Assembly (NCBI RefSeq): GCF_009914755.1
Contig: NC_060929.1
DNA: 64,000 nucleotides
Origin: the human T2T-CHM13v2.0 reference genome, Homo sapiens
Strand: one strand, 5' to 3'
The translations under genes and the position numbers were made by a program. Positions 1 through 12,169 of the stretch are shown piece after piece; the first letter of the stretch is position 1, and each line of letters starts with the position of its first letter. The notes beneath the pieces were generated by a model. That model saw nothing but the letters and a program-made list of their open reading frames with translations. It was not told the origin of the DNA and did not search any database.

Positions 1-138
1 AATCTCCAAGCTAGACTGTGACTCATAGACAGATCTAATCAGAAAAAATAACTGGAAATGGTAGAGGGTCCTGCCCAAGAAGTGAAGTTAAGACAAAACA
101 CAGCATATGCACGGGAGTGCCTGTAGACGTGCGCACGT

Positions 139-162
139 ACACACACACACACACACACACAC
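139..162. repeat. (AC)n microsatellite
   Basis: Perfect AC run, preceded by alternating purine-pyrimidine acgtgcgcacgt. Confidence 0.95.
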
Positions 163-1574
163 CCAAACACAGAGGTTTAGCACATATGGGCACATGCTTT
201 CATTGAACCAAGGAAAGCAGAGCATCTCAGCTCCTTAGGCAAACAAAACCCTGAAGACAATTTTAATGATGTGGGTATTCACAATTGTACAGCCCTCTCC
301 AGTACCCTCTCTTTAGAGGAATTTGTAAGCATCAGAGACCAGGAGAGCACTCCTGCTAAATGACCCATGAGACAATCAAATTTTCTAACCAAGATTACCC
401 TCCCTTGCAGGATGTGGAATTTTCTCTGAACTGATGGCCAAGGCTTGTTGCTGACTTCAGAGATCTCTCCTTAGCCCTATCCATTTCTAGTTTTACAACT
501 TAGAGAAAATTTCTGACTGATATTCCGCAGCCTTAAAATAAGGGTACAAATAGCACTATGCTCATGAACTATTTGTAAAGACGAAAAGAGTGAACGATTT
601 TCTGAAGAGCCTCAGCTACATTGCAAGCACATAGAGAAAAAGTTGGCTCTCACAAATGAGGAAAGAAAGCACAGGAGTATGTAATATCATGCACACAATT
701 ATTCCACTAGCAACGTTGGAAATAAAAAGCAGGTGATCTGATTCCAGAAATTCTTTTATTGACAGCTTTTCATCACCACGTAATTGTACTGTGTCTTTGT
801 TCAAATGTTATATCTGTTGCATTGGGGATGATTATTTTTTGTATTTAGCTCAAAGTTGGCAGGATAATGAGGAGAAGCACCTGATCTGTCTCAAGGACCA
901 GAGGAGGAAAAATGACACCTGGAAATAATGCCACTTTGTAACTGGGATACAATATGTGTTGTGGCAGTACATTATCTTCCACTGAGACTGAGTAAATGCA
1001 TTTGTTGGATCATGTTAGGTGGAGGCAAATTTAAATTTGAGTCAAGAGAAAAATATTTTCTAGGCAAAGAATGAAATTTGGTAGAAAGATTTGGAAGTGT
1101 CTATCCATCCTATTCTATTTTCTTATTTTAAAAAAGGAAGAGAGGTTTATTACCCAGGTATATCAATTTTCAACATACAAATGATGACAGAAACCTGGCT
1201 CACAAAGATATAAATAAAGCTATTCAAAGAAATAAATGAACACAAAAGTCATTGTTTCATGGTCTCAAAGAGAAAAAGATTAATATTCAAGATTTTTCTT
1301 TTTAAAGTTGGCTATATTTCCTATTCTTGGGATCCACTGTAATTATTTACAGTGTCCAGTAAATTCCTTGCTTGTTTTACTTAATCTAAGTATTTGTCCA
1401 CCCTTCACTCTCCAAAATTGTCATCTTAGAAAACCCCCCGGCTCAACATGAAGCGCCACATTTATCCTTCTCCCTTTCTCACTTCCTCATCCATCTTCAG
1501 ATTACGTGAGCAACTGTAACTCAACGTGAACAAACCTGAAGTCACCATAGTTTATGCTAACAGTTATAAAACAA

Positions 1575-1775
1575 GTCCTAGACTTAGACTGGTGAGTTGC
1601 TTACTGGCTCTACCACTTTGTGTTTCTTAACATCTCTGTTTCTCATTTTATAACTCTGAAATGAAGACTCTAACCACACTTATTTCAGATGCTTATTTCA
1701 TGAGGTTTAAATGAGATAATGCAAAGAGCAGTGACGTTGTGCATGGTAGGACCAGAATAAATGTCAGCTATTAGC
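1575..1775 (+). mobile_element. MIR SINE, decayed
   Basis: MIR core-like text: cttaacatctctgtttctcatttt...atgaggtttaaatgagataatgca...aataaatgtcagctatta. Confidence 0.65.
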
Positions 1776-2539
1776 TGTCATTTACTTCCCTCCTGAATTC
1801 TGTTTATATGCAGCCAGTCATTCCAGTTATTCAACTTCTAAAAATTATCCTTGACACATTCTTCATTCTCATGCCATTATATTCAAACAAGCACTAAGTT
1901 CAGCTATTTTTAATACCTAAATGCTATCAAATCTGTCCCCTTATTTTTACCATGCTTCTTTAGTTCGGATGCTATCTTGATGTAATTTCTCTTTACATAT
2001 TTAGAAAATGTTTAACGCAGTATCACTTAGATGGCATATATTTGTATACCTTCTCTTTCTAAAGAAATGTTTAATATTTCCTTAGTGTATCAGCAAAACC
2101 TCTTGTTTTGAGGGCTATAAGTAACTTGCATTTTTTGTTCTTTACATAGAGGGAAGTACTTGAAATACTGGTGAAAAAAATAAAATACAATACAATAAAA
2201 TAAAATAAAAACAGTGTTGCATGTCAGCCTAAAAGTATTGTGCAGTTTGATTTCTCTTAAGTGACAACAAAGTGGTCAAAATAGTCTCCTCAAGGTTTCA
2301 CCAGTTTATACTCCTATTAACACTGGATGATGGCACATTTGTGTCCACAATGCACATTGTAATAGATCAAAGATAATATTTAATAGCACTAATATGCATA
2401 TTCCTGATTGAAAACTTGTTGAAATGTTTTTATATGCTTTCAAAAAATTTTGTGAAATAATCATTTTTTCTTGGTTTATTGTTTTTATTATCAATTCATA
2501 TGATTGCTTGTATATGTTTGAATACCTTGTGATGTATGT

Positions 2540-2865
2540 TGTTATGAACTGAATGTCTGCATTCCAAAAAAGTCATAAATTCAAATCCTAACTGGAAAGA
2601 TGATGTTATTAGGACTCAAAGCCTTTGGGAGACAATTAGGTCATGTAGGTGGAGCCCTCAGGAATGGGATTAGTGCCTTTATTGAAAGAGATGCTAGAGC
2701 TTCTCATCTCTCTGCTCTTTGTATGTAAGAATATAGTAGGATCCCTGTCTGCAAACCAGGAAGAGGGACTTCACAAGATACTGGATCTGTCTGTGCCCTC
2801 ATCTTACTAACCTATAGAACTGTGAGAAATGTTAGCTGTTCAAGCCACTCGTTGCATAATATTTT
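2540..2865 (+). mobile_element. MaLR LTR, MLT1A-like, 3' end decayed
   Basis: Starts tgttatgaactgaatgt; contains gcctttgggagacaattaggtcatg and ggagccctcaggaatgggattagtgcc, typical of MLT1A/MST LTRs. Confidence 0.75.
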
Positions 2866-3035
2866 TAGATGAGTCATATCTGTTGCAAGAGCTATACCTT
2901 AATGTCTTTATCTTTGTTACTTTTTATGACAAGATATTTTAAACTTATTTTGGGCTTGCAAACTTTTGTTTCTATTTCTTTTCTATTTATACAGTCATGA
3001 TTTAAAACTAAATTTTTAAAATTATCTTATTTTAA

Positions 3036-3339
3036 TTTTTCTTTTTTTGTGGGGGAGGGGACGGAGCTTCACTCTTGTTGCCCAGGCTGGAGTGCAGTGG
3101 CATGATCTCAGCTCACTGTAACCTCTGCCTCCGGGCTCAAGCGATTCTCCTGCCTCAGCCTCCCACGTAGCTGGGATTACAGGTGCTCGCCACCATGCCG
3201 AGCTAATTTTTGTATTCTTAGTAGAGACAGGGTTTTGCCATGTTGGCCAGGCTGGTCTCAAACTCCTGACCTCAGGCGATCTGCCCGCCTCGGCCTCCCA
3301 AAATGCTGGGATTACAGGAGTGAGCCACCGCCACTGGCC
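3036..3339 (-). mobile_element. Alu, AluS (Sx/Sq-like)
   Basis: Full dimer in antisense: ...cactcttgttgcccaggctggagtgcagtggc...ctcctgacctcagg...gagccacc...ggcc. Explains ORF 3022-3261. Confidence 0.95.
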
Positions 3340-3957
3340 TTAAAAATTGTTATTTAAGAAGGTCTTCCTCACTTTAAGATATTTTTAAGTTATATATGAA
3401 CACACACACATACCCCTAATATACGTATGTGTGTGTATGTATGAAATAAGATATACAGAATATACTTAATTATTTAATTCATTTTAAATTGACTTTTGTA
3501 TGTTGTGAAAATTGAATCTTGCATTTTCATATATATATATGTAACATATATATATGGGTTTATTTCTACTGGTTTATGAGTATTGCTGTTTTAATTATTA
3601 CAATTTTATGGTACATTTTGATGTCTGGAAGAATAAGCTCCTTCATTACTCCATGTTTCAAATTTTATTGGCTGTCATTGAGTATTTTTCAAATGCACTA
3701 TCTTAAAAATTTTATTTAGCACTTTTATTGAAAGTACATTTAATTTATAGATCAATTTAGGAAGAAATGACATGTTGAAGCTATTAAATCTTCTTTCAGC
3801 AACATGGTATCTTTCTCTCTTTCTTAGTACCTAGAAAGTTAAATGATAGATTGATGGAATTATAGATACATACCAGAAATGTATGGCTTTCATTGTACAG
3901 GTTCTGTACATTTTATATACAAGCTTCACAAAAGATAAACCTACTGAAATTGTACAT

Positions 3958-4321
3958 TGCTATGGACAAAATTGTCTCTCCCCAAAGCTGTTGTGTTGAA
4001 GCCCTTACTTTCAATGTGGCTGTATTTAAAGATAGGTCCTTTAAGGAGACAATCAGGGCTAAATGAGGCCATAAGCTCTTATTCACTCTCTCTTTGTTTC
4101 CTCTCTTTCCCCATACACACACACACAAAGAGATCACATGAGCACCCAGAGAGAAGGCAGCCACCTTGCATGCTAGGAGAAGAGGCCTTACAATGAAACC
4201 TCCTTTCCCTGCACCTTAATCTGGGACTCCCCAGCCTCCAGAATTGTGAGAAATACATTCCTGTTGTTTAAGCCATCCAGTCTGCAGTATTTTGTTATGG
4301 CTGCCAGAGCAGACTAAGACA
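3958..4321 (+). mobile_element. MaLR LTR, MLT1A/B-like
   Basis: Termini tgctatggac...gcagactaagaca; contains gataggtcctttaagga, cagcctccagaattgtgagaaatacatt and gtttaagcca. Confidence 0.85.
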
Positions 4322-4397
4322 TCCATACATATTTTTCACTACCTTTCACTACCACACATCATTTAACAGTCCTTCATTTGTTTCCTGACATATTCTT

Positions 4398-4481
4398 TAT
4401 TTTTTTTCTCTTTCTTCAACTTTTATTTTAGAATTGGGGGTGCATGTGCAGATTTATTGCAAAGCAATATTACTTGATGCT
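4398..4481 (-). mobile_element. Short L1PB/L1PA 3'-terminal fragment
   Basis: T-rich tail followed by caacttttattttagaattgggggtgcatgtgcag, the reverse complement of an L1 3' end. Confidence 0.7.
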
Positions 4482-5423
4482 TACTGCCCCTTCTTTTAAC
4501 TTCAGTAATTCTGAACTGCTAAGTTCTCTTTCCTTGCTTCCCTTTAAAGGAGTCTTCTAGAAATAAAATGCACTTTATCTTTGTTGACACATCAACCTTA
4601 CATCCTCCAAGAGTTTCTTTATTATCTTACAAAATGTATTCCATTCTCCAAACTACACTGCATATTTTACCGTTTTATATTATAATGGTATCTTTAAGTT
4701 TTCCTTGCAAATTGTGAGTTGCATACTTTCTTCAGGGTGTGGTCTGTGCTCTATTCATCTTTACATTATTTTTATCTAAAGCAATCGCTTATATGGAAGT
4801 GGCTAAATTAATTAATGCATTCATACTTTAATAAGTACATCACTTCCACCCAAGGTAACATAGTACCAAATATTCAAAAAAAAGAGCTATAGAATATTCA
4901 AGAAAGAAGCTATAGAATATTTAAATAAATGACTGTATAGTGTTGAAGATCAATCCCACCTATCATCCTGTTTCTTAAAATGAATATATCTTCTTTTTAT
5001 GTGATGTTAGGACAACAACAACAAAAAAAAACACTTCCAGATATCAAGTGACATTAATAAGCTATCTAGGAAAGAAAGTGTTACAGGGTTAAAGTACTAA
5101 TTCAAATGACCAGAGAAAGATACTAATGCTAAATTATCTAATGCTAGCAACAACAACAAAAAAACACAAAAAACAATTGTTTATTGAAGAATAACACATA
5201 TAAACAGTAAGTGTTCAGCTCTATGAAATATCACAAAGTGACTGACTCGTGTATTTAATAACTAAGTCAAGAAATAGAAGACTGCCTCTTTTGCCTCTCA
5301 ACTCCTAGTCTCTCTTTCTTGACATTAACCACTACCTTGACTTATAACAAATTAGGACGGTTTACTTTTATTTGTTTGAAGTAACATTATATGCAGTTAT
5401 ATACTATTGTGTTCATTACCTGG

Positions 5424-5988
5424 TGTGATGGTTAATATTAGGTGTCAGATTGATTGGATTGAAGGATGCCTAGATAGCTGGTAAAGTGTTATTTCTGGGT
5501 GTGTCTGTGAGGGTGTTGCCAGAGGAGATTAACATTTAGGTCCGTGGACAGGGAGAGGAAGACCCAACCTCGATGTGGGTGGGAACCATCCAATTGGCTG
5601 CCAGCTCTGCTAGTGCAAAGCAGGCAGAAGGTGGGATAAGCTGGCTTGCTGAGTCTCCTGGTTTTCACCTTTCTCCTGTGCTGGATGCTTCCTGCTCTTG
5701 GACATCAGACTCCAGGTTCTTTGGCCTTTGGGCTCTTGGACTTAAACCAGTGGTTTGCTGCAGGCTGTCGGGCCTTTGGCCATGGACTAAAGGCTGCACT
5801 CTTGCTTCCCTACTTTTGAGGCCTTTGGACTCTGACTGAGCCACTGCTGGCTTCCTTCCAACTCAGCTTGCAGATGGCCTATCATGGGACTTTACCTTGT
5901 TTTCGTGTGAGTCAATTCTCCTTAATAAACCCCCTTTCACATATACATATATCCTATTATTTCTGTCCCTCTGGAGAACCCTAATACA
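5424..5988 (+). mobile_element. ERVL solo LTR, MLT2B/MLT2A-like
   Basis: tgtgatggttaatattaggtgtca...ctgtccctctggagaaccctaataca; near-perfect 5-bp TSD cctgg/cttgg. Confidence 0.92.
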
Positions 5989-6410
5989 CTTGGTTTCTAT
6001 TCTGTTAGTCAGCATTGTTTTAGGAAGTTATCTATATTATCTTGTCAAGCCATATTATTTACTTTTACTCAGTGCCATATTTCATTTTATGATTCTGTTA
6101 TTATTAATTTTTCTTCTTCACTGATAATAAACAGTGAGTTGTTTCCAGTTTCAGACTATAATAATGCTTTATGAACATTATCATACATGTGTATGTGTGT
6201 GCAAATAAGTGTGCCCATACATGCATTATGTTAAGTATATATCTAGGAGAGATGTTTCTAGCTATACCTAGAAAATGTGTGTTTTCAGCTTTAATAGATT
6301 AAAAAACAAAAAAAACATTTTTCAAAGTAGTCGTTCCAGTTTGTACTTCTACCAGCAATGCCAGCAACGTTTGGTGATTCCAGTTGATCCAAATCCTCCC
6401 CAATATTTGT

Positions 6411-6558
6411 GTTTTTTAAATTTTATTATTATTATACTTTAAGTTTTAGGGTACAACGTGCAGGTTTGTTACATATGTATACATGTGCCATGTGGGGGAG
6501 GGATAGCATTGGGAGATATACCTAATGCTAAATGACGAGGTAATGGGTGCAGCACACC
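6411..6558 (-). mobile_element. Young L1 (L1PA3-like) 3'UTR insertion with 5' inversion
   Basis: Antisense tail tactttaagttttagggtaca...catgtgccatgt is joined to sense gggggagggatagcattgggagatatacctaatgctaaatgacgag...gcagcacacc. TSD cccaatatttgt at 6399-6410 and 6557-6568. Confidence 0.9.
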
Positions 6559-8049
6559 CAATATTTGTTATAGTCTATCTTTTAAATTTGGCTTATTTTA
6601 GTGTTATCTTACTGCTGATATTTTCACTGATATTAATCAGGACCAATCAAAACATGTCAATTTTCTTATATGACTAAGACCACATGGAGAAAGGAGAAGT
6701 AAGTAATTCTCTTTTTTATTATGCCTAAATGACCATTTGTCTCTTTTTTCTATCAAAACAAATAGTATTTCTAAATCTTTAAAATATTCATGTAAAAGAA
6801 ATAAAGAAAATATTATATATTTGATATCACAATACAGATGTCTTACTTTGAATAAAGAAGAATTGATTTTGACAGAACAAATTTTCATTCATAGCTTTGA
6901 GAGGATTTTTTTAGTAGGATGAATTATAGATTTAGAGTTCCTGACTTGCCTGTTCTTGGACTATTTTTAGAGTTATGTTTGTATTCCCAGCTTTCTTCCC
7001 TCTCTTATCTGGATGGCGATAGTGCTTTTGAAAGAAGCATGCACTCACAACAACATAATGGTAACTGGTTTACTCTAATACTAGAGGTATATTTTATGGA
7101 CAATTGAGTAATTTCATATCAGTAGATATTTACTACATTTATCAGAACTCAACTAACACAAAAACAAAATCTAGTAATAAATAATTAATCTAAGCTGCAT
7201 CTCTTTCATGTGTCTTTGCATTACAAGTTTGATGATAATACTGTGGAAAAGAAAAATACAATAACATATAAAACCTGTCACTGACTTCAGCAGTTGCTTG
7301 ATAAATACATGAGTAGGTGAATTGGTGTCTGTCTGTTCATATATATTTAATGATAAGTAAAATGTAATATAAAATCGTCATATTATTTTGTGTTATATTG
7401 TACTCAGCCCACAATTTTATTAGCCATTAATATTAAGTTCAATAAAACTACAAGTTAGAATTCTGAAGTGACTTTATATTTTTCTAGTAAAATGAGTTTT
7501 CTATTTCCAAGTTTCTCTGTCAATTAACATTCAGACATCAGTATCCACTAATCTTCTGATTGTAGCCAATGATTCTTTATTTTGCTTTGGTATTCTACAA
7601 ATAGAGTTCGATTTTTGATTCTTCTCTAACAGGAATCATTCCTGAATAGTTACCTTACATGTAACACACCCAAACATCAGTAACGTTTAAGTGAACCTCT
7701 CTGAACAATGTTAGTTGTCTGATCTGTCTAATCAGTACCCCTAATATTTTTAACTGGAAAAGTATTATAGCACATATGCAAAAATGTGTTTGAAATCATC
7801 CATTAAATTTAAAGTACAAAATAAGATTGTAAATGCATTTACTTAACAACCAGGTGAAGAAAAGAATTTATCATATACCCTAGAAGCACACTGTTTTTCT
7901 TATTAGTGTCACCATTCCTTTCTCCATAAAATTAATCACTCTCTCTTTTTTTTAATTTATTATCCTCCTGTTTTGCTTTATACTGTTTTCCTTATGTGTG
8001 GTTACCACACAGCATACATGTATATGAGTGTATGTATGTGTGTGTAGAA

Positions 8050-8500
8050 TAATATAAATGGGCAATGAGGGAGGTGTTATTAAAAACTGAAAAGATGAAC
8101 ATCCATGTAATGCAGTGGTAAATTATTTGATGAAAATAATTTGGAAAACACATAATATACATCTAAACATCTAGCATAAGTAACAGAGTTTGGAAATAAG
8201 ACTGTTAGTGGTATGGTATGTCCTGGTTTTAACTAGCTACATTTGAACAAATTTTACAAGAAAGGGATGAATGCAGAAAAAAATATGGTTCAGTTTTCAT
8301 GAAGACACGAAAGAGAATAAAGAAAGTGCAGTGATTCAAGGACATTCACGTTCAAAATAAGCAACTAAGGAAAAATACAGGGCAGAAAAGCCTTTGAACA
8401 ATAAATGTCATTAGAACTCAGCTTTGAAATAAAAATTAAATCCAGTGTATAACTTTAACCCTTGTTAAGACCTCTGGCCAAAATCAAATGGTGCCTAATA
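8050..8500 (+). mobile_element. MaLR internal (MLT1-int-like) fragment
   Basis: Motifs catccatgtaatgcagtgg, ttttacaagaaagggatgaa and ttgttaagacctct resemble the MaLR internal segment at about 58100-58600. Confidence 0.5.
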
Positions 8501-9034
8501 AATCATTTTATTTCCAAAAAAATAAAAAATAAAAAAAATAACAAATTAGCATAAGCCTGCCCCTTTTCGTTTCACATCTGGATAAACATATGGTAATTTC
8601 TGACCTTTTTTCAATTCTGTGAGTATAAAAATGAATGCCATTATAGTTTTGATTGTCCTTTCCATAGTTGCCAGTAAAGGTGACCATTCATTTGTAAATT
8701 AATGGACCATTTGTTTTTCATTTTTGGTGAAATTTATGTAAGTACCTTTAGTCCTTTTTTTTTCTTTCTTAATGATATATAACATTTTTGTTTACATCCA
8801 GTTTACTTGTGTATTGTCAGATCATGTGGGTTAAAATAACTTCTATATTCTATTACATGTTCCTTTTCAACTCTTATTATGGTGCCCTATTCTGGATTCA
8901 GAGACAAAGTTCTGGAGTTTAATATAGTTGAATTGTTTAACCTTTGTTCTCCAAAGAAATAAGCAATTGTCTCACCACAGTTTATTGAAAAATTATGATT
9001 TCCCCAGTGATACGCAACAGCCTATCATGAGTAA

Positions 9035-9596
9035 TGAGTCAGACATTGTTTTCTAACTGGCTACAGTGTATCTCCCATTCCACATGCTGTCCTATGACGT
9101 GATCTTGACACTCCCTCATTAAGAAATAGTCTATTTTCCTCCCTTTTGAGACTTAGTTGGCCCTGTGAGCTGTTTCTCTAACAAAAGGTGGTGGAATAAC
9201 ATACAGTTTAATGTCTGAAGTTGGGCCTTAAGAGATCTACAGTTTCTTCCTTCATTTGGCAATATCCCTTCTTGGGACCCAAATTTCATGCTTGGTTAAG
9301 AAAGCCTGAGCAACGATACGGAAAGACCCACATGGGGATATTAGGTTGGTGCTAAAGTAATTGTGGTTTTTGCCATTAATAAACCACCTGCTTTGCTGAC
9401 TCTCTCAACCGAGATACCAGTAACCAGAGAGTATCAACTCCAAGCCACATGAATGAGGATCTCTTAGCATTTCCAGACTTTCATGGACATTCATCTATAT
9501 CATGTGAACCAGAACAAGACCAACCTGTTGTAGATATTGGTTTAAAACGCCAAATATTGGAGTGGGTTTGAACACAGTAATAAATAATTGAAACAG
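9035..9596 (+). mobile_element. MaLR LTR, MLT1G/H-like
   Basis: tctattttcctcccttttga, gggccttaagag, gaaagacccacatgg; ends acacagtaataaataattgaaaca. Confidence 0.65.
9341..9378 (+). mobile_element. Half MADE1 / solo Hsmar1 terminal inverted repeat
   Basis: ta-ttaggttggtgctaaagtaattgtggtttttgccatta matches one MADE1 arm (TTAGGTTGGTGCAAAAGTAATTGCGGTTTTTGCCATTA) with two substitutions. Confidence 0.85.
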
Positions 9597-9960
9597 ACGT
9601 TAGCTCTAGTAAAATTTAAATATACTCTAAAATATTTTCTCAGTTTGTCTCTGGACCGTTGATTCTGTACTATGTTCAAGTCTCTAATCCCTGTTTCAAT
9701 GCCATATTTAATTACTTCTTCAATACTAATTTTGAAATCTTACTAGATTTTTAGACATTCTTATACTTCTACTCTAGGAATAAATATTCTTGAACTTTTT
9801 TCCTTGATTAAAAATTGTCAGATTATCAAGACTCTCAAAACAATTGAAATTTGTATAAAGATTTCATGTTAATGCTATATGTATAAATTTACAGATAGGG
9901 TTTCAGAATTTTGGTTTATCTTCATTTTTAATCATCATTGAGGTTTTTAAATAGAATAGT

Positions 9961-10231
9961 GGCCCAGAGTGGTGGCTCATGCCTGTAATCCAAGCACGTT
10001 GGGAGGCCGAGGCAGGCAGATCACAAGGTCAGGAGTTCGAGACCCGCCTGACCCACAGAGTGAAACCCCGTCTCTGCTAAAAATTTAAAAATTAGCCAGG
10101 CATGGTGGCATGCGCCTGTACTCCCAGCTACTCAGGAGGCTGAGGCAAGAGAATTGCTTGAACCTGGGAGATGGAGGTTGAAATGAGCCAAGATCATGCC
10201 ATTGCAGTCCAGTCTAGGTGACAGAGCGAGA
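9961..10231 (+). mobile_element. Alu, AluSg-like, 3'-truncated with no poly(A)
   Basis: Diagnostic gatcacaaggtcaggagttcgag; ends at gacagagcgaga; flanked by aatagaatagt/aatagaattgt. Confidence 0.92.
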
Positions 10232-10242
10232 ATAGAATTGTA

Positions 10243-10664
10243 TAAATATTTTCATAAATACATTAACAATCTTTTATTTAGATTTATTCCTAGATACTTT
10301 ATATTATCAAGATTAGTCTGTTTTGTGTTTCCATTTTCAAACTGTTGCTAAAGTATAGAAATGGAATTGATATTTTGTATATATACAAAATTTACACTTG
10401 TAATACTTTCTTACTAATTTATTATTTTATTTCTATTTTCTTGAATTTAAATATTTTCATAAATGCATTAACAATCTTTTATTTAGATTTATTCCTAGAT
10501 ACTTTATACTATCAAGGTTAATTTAAGTATGTTTTGTGTTTTCATTTTCAAACTGTTGCTAAAATATAGAAATGGAATTGATATTTTGTATATATACAAA
10601 ATTTACACTTGTAATACTTTCTTACTAATTTATTATTTTATTTCTATTTTCTTGAATTTTAAAT
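10243..10664. repeat. Tandem duplication, two copies of about 205-211 bp of old L1M-like sequence
   Basis: taaatattttcataaat...ttctattttcttgaattt begins at 10243 and again at 10448, with few differences. Confidence 0.95.
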
Positions 10665-10742
10665 TATAATTATACATGTAAATAATTTTTCTATCTTAAT
10701 GAAATTACTAGAACCACCGCTACAGTATTTAAAATATTGGTT

Positions 10743-11021
10743 GACTGGGTATGGTGACTCAACCCTGTAATCCCAGGACTTTTGGAGGCTGAAGCAGGAG
10801 GATTGCTTGAGCTCAGGAGTCTGAGATTAGCCTGGGCAACATGGCAAGACCCTGTCTACAAAAAAATTTAAAAAAAAATTACCCAGACACAGGGTCCCAT
10901 ACCTATACTCCCAGCTATTTGAGGGGCTGACGTGAGAGGAACCCTTGAGTCCAGGATTTTGAGACTGCAGTGAGTTATGACAGCCAGGGCAACAAAATGA
11001 GACCCCCATTTCTGAAAAAAA
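10743..11021 (+). mobile_element. Alu, AluJ
   Basis: ggaggattgcttgagctcaggag, gcctgggcaacatggcaagaccctgtc and gagactgcagtgagttatga; internal deletion in the right arm. Confidence 0.9.
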
Positions 11022-11825
11022 GAGGAATTGGTGATAGTGGGCACCCTTATTTATTTAGTTCATTTGTTAACAGGAATGGTTTCAATATTTCATTATAAAG
11101 TGTTTTTGCTGCAGACCTGTAAATATTTTTGTCATGGTATTGTATTAGAAGTTTTAGAAAAATAACTGAGAAATTAAATGGAAACAACTGAAATCCTAGT
11201 ATGAAATAAAATTACATACCATTTGCACTGTACTATATATATTTAATAAAATATAAATAGATATTTTAAAAACCATCGAATAAAATTAAATAAGGTTTTC
11301 AAGAGAGTAAAAATATATGTGCTTTATGTCTCATTTCCAAAATTGTATTAAAATTACAAAAAAGTGTAAATATAGACATTGATAAAATTGAATGAAAATA
11401 TACAAGAGGACAGAATGTTATCTGCAATTCAAAAAGTTTGGTAAGTGATAAAAGATCATAAGTTGGCCTGTTTCATATAATAGACAAGCTTAAGAAAAGA
11501 AAGCCACATCTGCAGATAAGCAAATGTATGTAAGCAGACTCCATGGCATTCATTATGGTAAATAATTGTTGTTATTTTGACTAATTATGACATTAATTAT
11601 AGTTACCATATTATTACTGAGATGAGTCAAGCTAGTCTGCTCGTTACCTTTTCCCTGCTACAGATGAAAAGGTCTTGAAGAAGGAGAATCTGTCCCAAGC
11701 ATTTGTACCCAGGACAAAACCAGAAAACTTGTCTTCAAAAATTATATATTGACAATCTTGATATGAGCTCAGAATCCTAGTGTATGAGAAAATTGCAAAA
11801 ATCTGTCGTTTTGCACGAAGAAGAG

Positions 11826-11863
11826 GCGCGTGCACGCGCGCGCGCACACACACACACACACAC
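11826..11863. repeat. Compound (CG)n-(CA)n tract
   Basis: gcgcgtgcacgcgcgcgcgcacacacacacacacacaca, uninterrupted purine-pyrimidine alternation. Confidence 0.95.
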
Positions 11864-11992
11864 AGTAATAAACGCCAAAGTTTTCCAAAGACAAATACAT
11901 TGTATTTTTTGCATCAAGGAAAGCCATAATTATTTGATATATATTTTAAGAGTTTCCCAAGCCTAGCAACTTGTTCTTTATTCACAAACTGA

Positions 11993-12169
11993 CAGAGATT
12001 CCCAACCCAGCTGTGCGCTAGAATCATGCAGATAACTCTAAAATACAGCAATGCCTGGGACCTACTGCTAAAAATTCTGATTCACAAGGTCAGATTGAGA
12101 CCCGAAAATCAATATTTTGAAATAGCTTTGCAGGTGATTTTAAGATATAGCCAAGGCTAAGAATCATTG
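11993..12169. mobile_element. MER5A/B-like hAT-Charlie MITE
   Basis: Termini cagagattcccaac...gctaagaatcattg; internal tagaatca, aatgcctggg, attctgattc and caggtgatt. Confidence 0.7.

Noticed and set aside
4869-4922. Short tandem repeat aatattcaa...gctatag; similar small repeats at 19089-19108 and 38359-38402
   Set aside because: Ordinary slippage duplications with no further structure.
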